Shown here in pieces: positions 30,401 through 38,600 of a DNA stretch of 64,000 nt. The DNA is taken from the IMG/VR virus record IMGVR_UViG_3300020056_000007. One strand, written 5' to 3'. A program made the position numbers and the translations under genes. Under the pieces are notes generated by a model. That model made no database searches and was not told the origin of the DNA. It saw only the letters and a list, made by a program, of their open reading frames with translations. Position 1 is the stretch's first letter. The number at the start of each line of letters is the position of its first letter. Source of the DNA: a virus.

Positions 30401-33035
30401 TGTAGACTCAGCGGGTGGAGCTAATGTTGGTGGTTGTGTACAAATTGCACAACAAAAAGAATTTTTCGAACAATTAAGAGTTACTGGTTCTGGCCGGATA
30501 GATCAAAACTTTACAATTGGTGGTAACCTTACTGTTATTGGTTCACAAATCCAAACTACAACTCAAAGTTTGGCGGTTGACGATACAGTTATTGAAGTAG
30601 GTGCGGGTGATACTATTGGCGCAGCTGGAACAAGTTTCGGTGGTACTGGACAGAATGATGGTGTATTCATTGGTCATTATACCGGTGATAGTGTTATTAA
30701 TTATCATGTAAGAATTGATTCTGCGGGTGGATCAGGAGATACAATTGAATGGTCTTACGATAGCCAATATGGAGTATTACAAACATTCGATTCTGCAGGT
30801 GGTACTGGACCTACTAAATTTGTATTATCAGCAGGTTCTTTAGTAGCTGCATTAAGTGATGGTATAAGTATTAAGTTTACTGCTGCTACGGGTCATGATT
30901 TAAACGATAGTTGGGCTGGAGAAGCTTCACCAATTAATGTTCAAATTGGTCTTGTTGGTAATTATAATCCAGATGATGATTCACATGCATATTCAGGTTT
31001 AATTAGAGATCCAGCAGATAATAGATGGAAATTCTTCCAACAATATTTACCAGATCCACAAGCAAATGTTAATTTTGCCGATCCTTCATTAGAATTTGCT
31101 CCAGTTCAAGTTGGAACATTATATGCAAGTACAGTAGATGCTAATTTAACTGGTAATGTTACTGGTACAGTATCTGATATTTCTAATCATACAACTACAC
31201 AACTTGCTGAAGGTACAAATCTATACTTTACTGATGCAAGAGTAAAAGCTGCAATTGCTGATTCAGCTGTAGCTGTAAGATTTGATGCTGATTCTGGCCA
31301 AATTAAACAATTTATTTCAGACTCTGCCTATATTGGTCAACTCAATGTAAGTCAATTAGATGTCGATAGCTTATACGCAGATCAAATCAATATTAGTCAA
31401 GCCGATGTTGATTCACTTTATGTCGATCAATTAAACGTAAGTCAAGCCGATGTTGATTCACTTTATGTCGATCAATTAAATGTAAGTCAATTAGACGTTG
31501 ATAGCATTAATATTGTTGATGGTAAAGCTTATTTTGATAGTGCTTATATTGGCCAATTAAACGTAACAATTGCTGATATAGACACATTAACTTCGGCCGA
31601 TGCTATATTAGATAGTGCTTATATTGGCCAACTTAATGTTGCAACTGGAGATATCGACACCCTTACATCAGCTAATGCTTCACTTGATTCTGCTTATGTT
31701 GGACAATTAAATGTCATAACTGGTGATATTGATAATGCTACATTAGGCCAAGTAACGATTGATTCTGCTTATATCACTCAAATAAACGTTTCACAAGGTG
31801 ATATTGATAGTTTACATGCTTCTCAATTAAATGTTGATAGTGCTTATATTACACAATTAAATGTAAGTCAAGCGCATATCGATAGTTTATATGCAGATAA
31901 TATTAACTTAGCATTAGTTGATATTGATACCTTTACTGCTGATTCAGCTATTATTACCAACATATCAGGTACTAGTGCAAACTTTACTACAATTGAAAGA
32001 TCAGGTGCAACAGATTATAATGGAGTCTGGGGTTCAGCTTCATTAGTACCAATAATTACACTTAATTCATCCGGTTTTGTTGATAGTATTGGAACAACTT
32101 CTGTTGCTGGTGTAACAGCATTTGCATGGGATTCAGCAACTTCAACAGCTACAATTAGTACAGCAGATGGTGGATCGTTTACGTCGGTTATTAATGGTTT
32201 TGGTAGTATTACAAGTGATCTTATACCATCACTTGATTCAACATATGATCTAGGTTCTGTAAGTAATAAATGGAAAGACTTATATCTTTCTGGATCTACT
32301 ATTACCCTTGGCAATGTAAAATTACAAGATAGCGCCGGTGGCTTAAAAGTTATGCACACATCAGGTGCTATGACACAAGTTAAAGCTGGTCATCTTAAAG
32401 CAGATTCAGCCGCAGTTGATCTATTAGGTGTATTAAACGATTCAAATGGTCATTATCGTATATCACATAATACGGTAATGCGTTCATATGAAAATAGAGA
32501 TTCAAATAACCTAATATCTGGAATTACTCAAGATTCAAATAATCAAGGGCTTGTAAATATTTACGTAAGAACTGGATTTAAAACTGGAGCACATAGATAT
32601 TGGAAGCAAGGATCTTCTAAAGGCTACTTTATAGCCTATGATTCAGACGATTTGTACACAGCGAAAGAAATCCAAGCACCACATTTAGATTTATTACCAG
32701 GCGTTACATATCGATTCCACCATAATGACTCATCTATGTCAACGCACGATATTAGATTTTATTGGGATGATGCAAAATCTGGATTAGTTTCAGATAGTGC
32801 AGCAGATATAATTTATGCTGGAGTTGCTGGTAATATAGATGTTGGTAATTCATATGCACAAATTAAAGTAAAACAAGATGGTCCTAGATCATTAGCATAT
32901 CAATGTATTAATCATCCATATATGGGTAATAGTTTAAATACAAATACAACAGGTGGATCAAGAATTCTTGGAACATCAACAGGTATTAAAGTTGATGGTG
33001 ATATTGATGGAATTATTGATGGTGGAACATATTAG
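27432..33035 (+). CDS. Large tail fibre protein with DSAYIxQLNV repeats and two cupredoxin-like domains
   Basis: 1867 aa; duplicated DLxPSxDSTYDLGSxxxKWKDLYLSG modules; ends in IDGGTY; two CxxHxxM motifs. Confidence 0.8.
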   Translation: MATFVKKVLVGTPVRRVTAGSFDISNIGGVNISGDAGTGYNVGEGVHNDILVYDSSASEYRNLNTLRQLKIDHFTIDSNKISVDFNDPTILDEMYISAPDGVFIDGRLEVDRINQRQLAVFDDSSLTTKFYVDQEIDKVKEVTFTMDDGFTDSVQIYDGETITMAGGRGLSTRGVKVGNVLTITTDLDSTGADSGTFGSSIRIPILTTNSRGQITTISDVAVASLDSINYDSSNGSGVLSINTSDGGLYQTTINLNPFTTTDLEEGTEIPPTASFTYSVTASGNFFYSVTGTDRNGSISGGDPALTVRVGDTLTFNNSVWEDHPLLIKTVAGTGINDLASGVTGQGTATVTWTPDTAGTYYYQCRVHEDMVGVITVLARQEAAQYYSRARFDSALGDGTSIATIRGYVSGSGDLQYDSATGVFSVDVQQVYGRDDFDSDLDDAMNSNSNLHWYPDSNFFDLTPINDSTAGTYGSPTQMPVFTVDSYGRIDSIGEVLVASVDSTRWISSTNTYRISTGDGQVFNTIIDSFNSNVLIQDDISLNFGAGNDLVIKHNTTANLDEITATIPLVISSSDSISIDATSGNIHIGGDLLPSVDSTYDLGSPTKKWKDLYLSGQTINLGTVKLEDSQGSLSIKTASGLAGDLSLKYLRADSAYISQLNVDSISISQLNLSNADMDSLYVDNFNAVIGDIDNATLGQVTIDSAYITQLNVSQLDVDSINIVDGKAYFDSAYITQLNVATADIDTFTSANAILDSAYIGQLNVSQADADSLHVDQLNVGTADIDNAILGQVTIDSAHATQLDVSNAHIDAATVDSARIENLSVDILNADSVSADFIRFDRVLWDDNTKPTTDEGTVYYNSGPDALVYKPATASPIKIGQDAVTRVYNNTGAMIPRGSPVYVTGATNDFPTIAKAQANDITTIDATIGVLKDSINTNSFGLVLNRGLLGRLDTSSYSVGDLLFVSADSAGKFTTTAPTYPNFAYEVGRVLVVDSAGGANVGGCVQIAQQKEFFEQLRVTGSGRIDQNFTIGGNLTVIGSQIQTTTQSLAVDDTVIEVGAGDTIGAAGTSFGGTGQNDGVFIGHYTGDSVINYHVRIDSAGGSGDTIEWSYDSQYGVLQTFDSAGGTGPTKFVLSAGSLVAALSDGISIKFTAATGHDLNDSWAGEASPINVQIGLVGNYNPDDDSHAYSGLIRDPADNRWKFFQQYLPDPQANVNFADPSLEFAPVQVGTLYASTVDANLTGNVTGTVSDISNHTTTQLAEGTNLYFTDARVKAAIADSAVAVRFDADSGQIKQFISDSAYIGQLNVSQLDVDSLYADQINISQADVDSLYVDQLNVSQADVDSLYVDQLNVSQLDVDSINIVDGKAYFDSAYIGQLNVTIADIDTLTSADAILDSAYIGQLNVATGDIDTLTSANASLDSAYVGQLNVITGDIDNATLGQVTIDSAYITQINVSQGDIDSLHASQLNVDSAYITQLNVSQAHIDSLYADNINLALVDIDTFTADSAIITNISGTSANFTTIERSGATDYNGVWGSASLVPIITLNSSGFVDSIGTTSVAGVTAFAWDSATSTATISTADGGSFTSVINGFGSITSDLIPSLDSTYDLGSVSNKWKDLYLSGSTITLGNVKLQDSAGGLKVMHTSGAMTQVKAGHLKADSAAVDLLGVLNDSNGHYRISHNTVMRSYENRDSNNLISGITQDSNNQGLVNIYVRTGFKTGAHRYWKQGSSKGYFIAYDSDDLYTAKEIQAPHLDLLPGVTYRFHHNDSSMSTHDIRFYWDDAKSGLVSDSAADIIYAGVAGNIDVGNSYAQIKVKQDGPRSLAYQCINHPYMGNSLNTNTTGGSRILGTSTGIKVDGDIDGIIDGGTY
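29380..29925 (+). repeat. First block of DS-containing beta-fibre repeats (DSAYIxQLNV / DSLYVDQLNV)
   Basis: Repeats visible in protein and DNA; 29577-29630 is identical to 31497-31550 over 54 bp. Confidence 0.85.
31318..31955 (+). repeat. Second block of DS-containing repeats, including a 45-bp tandem duplication (31395-31490)
   Basis: agtcaagccgatgttgattcactttatgtcgatcaattaaa(c/t)gta occurs at 31395 and 31440. Confidence 0.85.
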
Positions 33036-33038
33036 GAG

Positions 33039-33046
33039 TATAAATA
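33039..33046 (+). promoter_or_regulatory. T4-type late promoter TATAAATA
   Basis: Exact consensus in the intergenic gap before 33097. Confidence 0.85.
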
Positions 33047-33096
33047 GAGTAAAGCAAGATTTTTATCTGTAATGCTTTCCTTATTAGGATATAGAA

Positions 33097-34335
33097 ATGG
33101 CTACTATTAGACTTAAAAAATCTTCCGTTACTGGGAAGGAACCAACCGCATCAGATCTTGAGTATGGTGAATTAGCATTAAACTATGCTGATGGAGTTTT
33201 GTATTATAAAAATACAAGTAATGTTGTTGCTAATATTTCTGGCGGTGGTGCCACTGCAGATAGTGATGCTCCAGCTGGAGCAAATTTAAGATCAGGTGAT
33301 CTTTGGTGGGATGCTATTAATGGCCGTTTAAAAATTTATTATGATGATGGCGATCCAGCTGCAGCAAGTCCACTTACTGTAACTCTTACAGTTAATTCTA
33401 CATATACTACAAATTTAAATTATTCATTTGATACAGGTTGGACTGATCGCAATGGTCTGAAGTCATACACAAATGGCGCAACAGAATCTTTAGATCCTGC
33501 AATTAATATTCAGCAAGGTGATACTATTACCATTAATAATGGTGAATCAGTAAATCATCCACTTTTCTTTGTAACTCAATTAGATCCAATTTCAAACAAT
33601 TATAATTCAAGTTATAATGTTGAACTTCCTGCAAGTAATTATGGTGGAGGTTCAGGTTCTGTTTCTTATCAATTCAATTCTCCAGGAACATATTACTATA
33701 TCTGTGGTGTTCATGCTGATATGTTTGGAGTTATTACTGTTGTTTCAAGTGCTACAGCTTCAAAACAATGGGTTGATGCATCTCCTCAAGGTAGAGGTTA
33801 TACTGGTTCAGCCGGTGCAATTAACTATTCAGAAACTGCTCCATCTTCTCCAGCGGGTGGTCAAATTTGGTATGATACTAAAACTGGTAAATCATATATG
33901 TACTATATCGTTTCAGGTTATGGTCATTGGGTTTTATTTAGTGATCCAACAATTGCTGATGGTAATGAAGGGTTTACAGGATCACAAGGTTATACAGGAT
34001 CACGTGGTACAATTTCTCCAAGAAGTTTAATATTCCTAGCACCGCAACCAAACGATGAACAAACATTATTATTTACAAATAGCGCTTTAGTAGTATCTGA
34101 AATAAGAGGAGTGATCAGGGCAGGAACAGACGTTGATATAGACGTAAAATATGCAACTTCGCGAAATCAAACAGGCACAACTATTGCGAGCGGTACAATA
34201 GCAAATAATAGTACTGGTGCTACTCTTACAGTTTCTAATGCTAATATTCCAGCAAATAGTTATGTTTGGTGTGAAATAACAACAGTAACCGGAATTGTAG
34301 ATGAATTCCATCTTAACGTATTATTTAGTGAGTAA
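33097..34335 (+). CDS. Tail fibre-associated protein with Mtd_N-like N-terminus and an inserted cupredoxin-like domain
   Basis: IRLKKSSVTGKEP...LEYGELALNYADG.LYYK; GDLWWD; HP...YYYICGVHADM; short GYTGS collagen stretch. Confidence 0.7.
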   Translation: MATIRLKKSSVTGKEPTASDLEYGELALNYADGVLYYKNTSNVVANISGGGATADSDAPAGANLRSGDLWWDAINGRLKIYYDDGDPAAASPLTVTLTVNSTYTTNLNYSFDTGWTDRNGLKSYTNGATESLDPAINIQQGDTITINNGESVNHPLFFVTQLDPISNNYNSSYNVELPASNYGGGSGSVSYQFNSPGTYYYICGVHADMFGVITVVSSATASKQWVDASPQGRGYTGSAGAINYSETAPSSPAGGQIWYDTKTGKSYMYYIVSGYGHWVLFSDPTIADGNEGFTGSQGYTGSRGTISPRSLIFLAPQPNDEQTLLFTNSALVVSEIRGVIRAGTDVDIDVKYATSRNQTGTTIASGTIANNSTGATLTVSNANIPANSYVWCEITTVTGIVDEFHLNVLFSE

Positions 34336-34338
34336 CAT

Positions 34339-35304
34339 ATGTCAACATTAATATTTCCAAACACTCCAGCACATTTAGATACTTACGTTGATCCTAATCA
34401 AGCTACGTGGCAATATGATAGCGATGGACCGTATTGGAATGTAATTACATCGACTGTTCGTAAAGCTTTTAGTGGTGTAAAATTAGAAAATACCTCTGCA
34501 TTTAATTTAACAAGTGGTCTTGAAATTATCGAATTTGATACTTTTCAATTTAATGTTGATAACTATTATCAAGGTACTCCCGGAAGAGTAGTTGTTCCAA
34601 CAACTGGTTTTTATAGAATTCAAGTCAGTTTATTTACAGGTACAGAAGGATCAGGATCTTCTTATACAATTAACATTAAAAAGAACGGAACAAATCTAGA
34701 AACAACTTCTTTAGGACCTAATCAAAATACACAATATGACCAAACATTATCACTTAATGCTGGTGATTATATAGAAATTTTTGGACAAGAATCGACTGGT
34801 ACTGGAACTTTACTTGCAGAATCAAATTTTGTAGTTTATAGAGTTGGATTTGCGCCCGGAACTGGAATTAGTAATCATGTAGCATTTAGTGGAGTAAGAG
34901 CAATCTTAAACGCTTCTGCAAATACCACAAGCGTATCAACTGCTACAATTTGGAATGATATTGATTTTAATGCTAATGCGAATGTTCTTGGTGATTTATA
35001 TTGGTATAATACCCAACCAGAAAGACTTGCTATTAGAGCAAATGGTTTTTATAAAGCAAGAGCTTTTATTGAAACAAGTTCAGCTGGTTCTCAAGATTCT
35101 TATACTATTACATTACGAAGAACTCGTGGTGTAACAACGACAGATTTAACATCAATAACTATGAGCGCTAATGATTTTATTGAATTAGATGAAATTTTTC
35201 AATTCAATGAAGATGATTATGTAGAATTAATGATTTCAAATAGTGATAACACAGGCGCAATACTTTCAACATCATATTTAGAACTCGTCAGAGAAGGAGT
35301 ATAA
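34339..35304 (+). CDS. Virion protein with two tandem C1q/TNF-like domains
   Basis: Two repeats of AFSGV...F/W.....FN......R..V...GFY.......Y.I..K/R.......L...DY(I/V)E. Confidence 0.65.
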   Translation: MSTLIFPNTPAHLDTYVDPNQATWQYDSDGPYWNVITSTVRKAFSGVKLENTSAFNLTSGLEIIEFDTFQFNVDNYYQGTPGRVVVPTTGFYRIQVSLFTGTEGSGSSYTINIKKNGTNLETTSLGPNQNTQYDQTLSLNAGDYIEIFGQESTGTGTLLAESNFVVYRVGFAPGTGISNHVAFSGVRAILNASANTTSVSTATIWNDIDFNANANVLGDLYWYNTQPERLAIRANGFYKARAFIETSSAGSQDSYTITLRRTRGVTTTDLTSITMSANDFIELDEIFQFNEDDYVELMISNSDNTGAILSTSYLELVREGV

Positions 35305-35305
35305 A

Positions 35306-35674
35306 ATGGCATTTGTCAAATCAACCTCGACACTTTCTGCTGATGCCGTTACAGTACCAAATATTTCTGGTGGTGATAATGGTAAAGTAGTTAGGATTTC
35401 AGGAGCTAATACCGCAGTTAACGCTGCAAATACTGATACATCAACTCAATTACAAACCGTATTGATTAAAATTGGTGGTGAGTATTATGCAGCTGGTGTG
35501 GTATCAGGGTTTAGTGGTTTAACACCTGGGTCTCCTTATTATTTAGGAACAACTGGAGATTTAGTGGCTTCTCCACCAACTCCTACAACTTCTACAAGGG
35601 CATTGTTTATTGGCTTTGCTATAAATACTACAGATATTGTTTTACGACCAGGAACACCAATTTCAGGAACTTAA
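35306..35674 (+). CDS. Small virion/fibre protein
   Basis: SGLTPGSPYYL.TTG.L...P.......IGFA motif seen in phage fibre and cement-like domains. Confidence 0.55.
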   Translation: MAFVKSTSTLSADAVTVPNISGGDNGKVVRISGANTAVNAANTDTSTQLQTVLIKIGGEYYAAGVVSGFSGLTPGSPYYLGTTGDLVASPPTPTTSTRALFIGFAINTTDIVLRPGTPISGT

Positions 35675-35677
35675 TTT

Positions 35678-38600
35678 ATGGCAATTGCTAATTTAACAAG
35701 AGAAGTAACATTAGGTGATTCAGATTTTCTGGGTGTGCCAGCTATGCATCATATTTCTGATGCTGGTTATTGGTATTATTATCATCCAGCAGATTATGAT
35801 TCAAATAATGTTCTTGCTGGCAATTCAATTGTAAGTTATGAATGGGATGCAATATTGCCAGTTGTTGCTGCTGATAGACTTTCAGGAACAACTAATAATG
35901 TTGAATTAGATGGAACAATTGCATTTATTGATGATTCTACGAATGGCGTATACGATGCTAATACACAAGTTCGTTATCACGGTGGATGTATACAAGACAT
36001 TGGTCCAGGCTTAAACGATATTACAAACCAAACTGAAAATGATGCTTATATGTTTGCTCATATTGGCACCTTTGGTGATGATGGAACTACTGCGGCTGGT
36101 ACATTACAAGATGATGCTTTTTATTGGGATAGACTTTATCAAGCAAGCGCGGGAGGTGATTGGGCATTCTATCAATATCACAAACACCTTCCTTCAAACT
36201 ATTCAAAATATGATGATGGACGAATCGTATTCGGTTCAGATGGTTATATTCGACCATCAGACAAACAATTTGGATACTTAATTAATATCCTTGCAAAACA
36301 AGGTTCAAGCTCATATTCAGTTCCTCTTGCTCGTATTCATACTCCTTCAGTTGGTGGTGCTCATAACTCTCACAATGATGTAACTTTACCGAATACTGCT
36401 GGAATTAACTATTTGCCTGGTGGTATTTTAAAAGGTGGTTCCAATAGATTCCATGCTTTTTATATGAGCAAAACTACCAATGGCTGGAATTTATTTTCAC
36501 GTACTTATACATCATCATCTGGTTCATTTACGCCTGAAGTAAACTATGGCGATCAAACTGAAATAGCTGATGCAGTATTTAATCCTTATCCAGGGGGTAA
36601 TCAGGATGCTGAAGGTACACAAAGTTCATACGCGTTTAGAGCTTCAGCGGGACATGTGTTCGGCTCAAAAATATATGTTCCAGTTGTAACTGAAGCTGCA
36701 GCAAGACCTAATTTAACAGCAGAAGTAACAGATATTGTTGGTGGTGGTGTTATTTATGCGGTAACAGTAGGCAGAGATAGAGAAGGTTCTCATGCAGAAA
36801 GAAATCAACCGACGATTTATATGAAAGTTGGGGATACTCTTACGTTTGAAAACTCTCAATATCTTGCTCACCCAATGTATATACGTAATACCACTAATAT
36901 TTCACCTACTCCTACTTCTCATAACGTAGCAGGTGCGTCTGGTGGAGGTTCAAGTGGATCCACACTTACATTTACTCCTCAAACTGCAGAAACAGTATAT
37001 TATATTTGTTCACTTCATGCTAATATGTATGGTGAAATTGTTATTACCGAAAGAGATGGTACATTCGATCAACAAATTTGGTCATTTACTGATGCTAATA
37101 CTATTTCACCTGGTACACTTAATAAAATTGATTTACCATTCCAATTTCAAGGACAACCATATAAACCAGATTGTTATATTTCAAGTGTAGGTACAAATCT
37201 TTATATTGCGGCATCAAGTGGATTACAAGGTGGGGCACAATTATTTAGTTGTAATTTATCAACCCTTGATTCTGAAGGTCAATTAGCGTTTGAAGGTAAT
37301 ATTGTTACTAATGATTCAGACGATTATTTGCGTATGCATGGATTTAAATATAATGCTTCTACTACAAAATTTTTCACTTTATTATCTGGTGTTAATGGCG
37401 CTGTAGGTAATTATGATGGAAAAGGTTTATATAGTTTTGACTTAGCAGGTGGTGCATTTGATGGTTATTCTCATATGTCATATGATACAACAAGTGGGAC
37501 ATATACTACAAGGCAAGCATTGCAGGCTGGGCATTTAATATATAATCATGCAACAGCACAAATTGAATATAGTACAGGCACTGAACCAGAAGGTATTGCT
37601 ACTGGCACTTCAATTCTACAATTTGCAACCGCGTCTCCTTCATTTTACAATAAAAAAGAAATTAATACTGGTAAATCAGAAGAATATTATTTCCAAGGGA
37701 TTTATCTTGAAGATGGCCGTAAAGCTCTTGTTGGTAGACTTGAAGCACATCCTGAAACTACAGGTGCAGAAAATACTGGTGATTTATTACTTACTATTGT
37801 TGACAATGAAAATAATTCAGTAAGTTATACTTGGGGTGGAACTGGTGATAATTTCTTTACTGGTATTATTGAAGATAAAGAAAATGGAAAATTAGTTTTA
37901 TCTGGTTATTCAAAAGGAGAACTTGCTCCTAAAGGTGATCAATGGGTACATGGTTGGGGTAGAAATATTCATCAATCAAATGACTCAGCAAGTATGAAAT
38001 TATTTGATATTGCAAGAGAAGATTCAGCTAATGGTGTTTTCTATGCGGTAGGACACGATTATATTAATAATGCTCCACTCGTTGAAGCCTGGAATAAAAA
38101 TTATGATCATTATAAAGATTTGAAAATGGATTTTGGTCCAGATTCTTCTCAATTAGATAATATTGATATATTAAGTAATGAAAAAGGTATTGTTTCTGGA
38201 TATACACTTAATGCAGCAAATAAAAGAACAGGATTAATTAGTAAAATTGATCTTAAAACAAATACAGTGGATTGGGTAAAAGGTTTATATCAAGGTACAA
38301 ATGTTCATAAAATAACAGATCATTGTACAGTTGATAGAAATGGAACAGAATATACTGTAGGGTTTATTGAAAATAATAGTTATACAGATGATTCTGATTT
38401 TACGTTTAATCATGGTTTATTATTTTTAATGGATGGAAATGGTAACGTTACTGTTTCAAAATCCACTGAAGCATTGCCTGGTGCGCCTCATACACCTAAT
38501 TTACATATCGAAAGAATTCAGCCAGGTAAAGTTGGCACTGGTGATTTTTTCTTCTGTGGTTCTGAAACCCGTGGAACAAGTAGAGCTCCAATGTGGGGTT

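Noticed and set aside
10560-31955. Repeats as a CRISPR array or diversity-generating retroelement template/variable pair
   Set aside because: All repeats are in-frame coding repeats without unique spacers. There is no adenine-specific divergence and no cas or reverse transcriptase gene.
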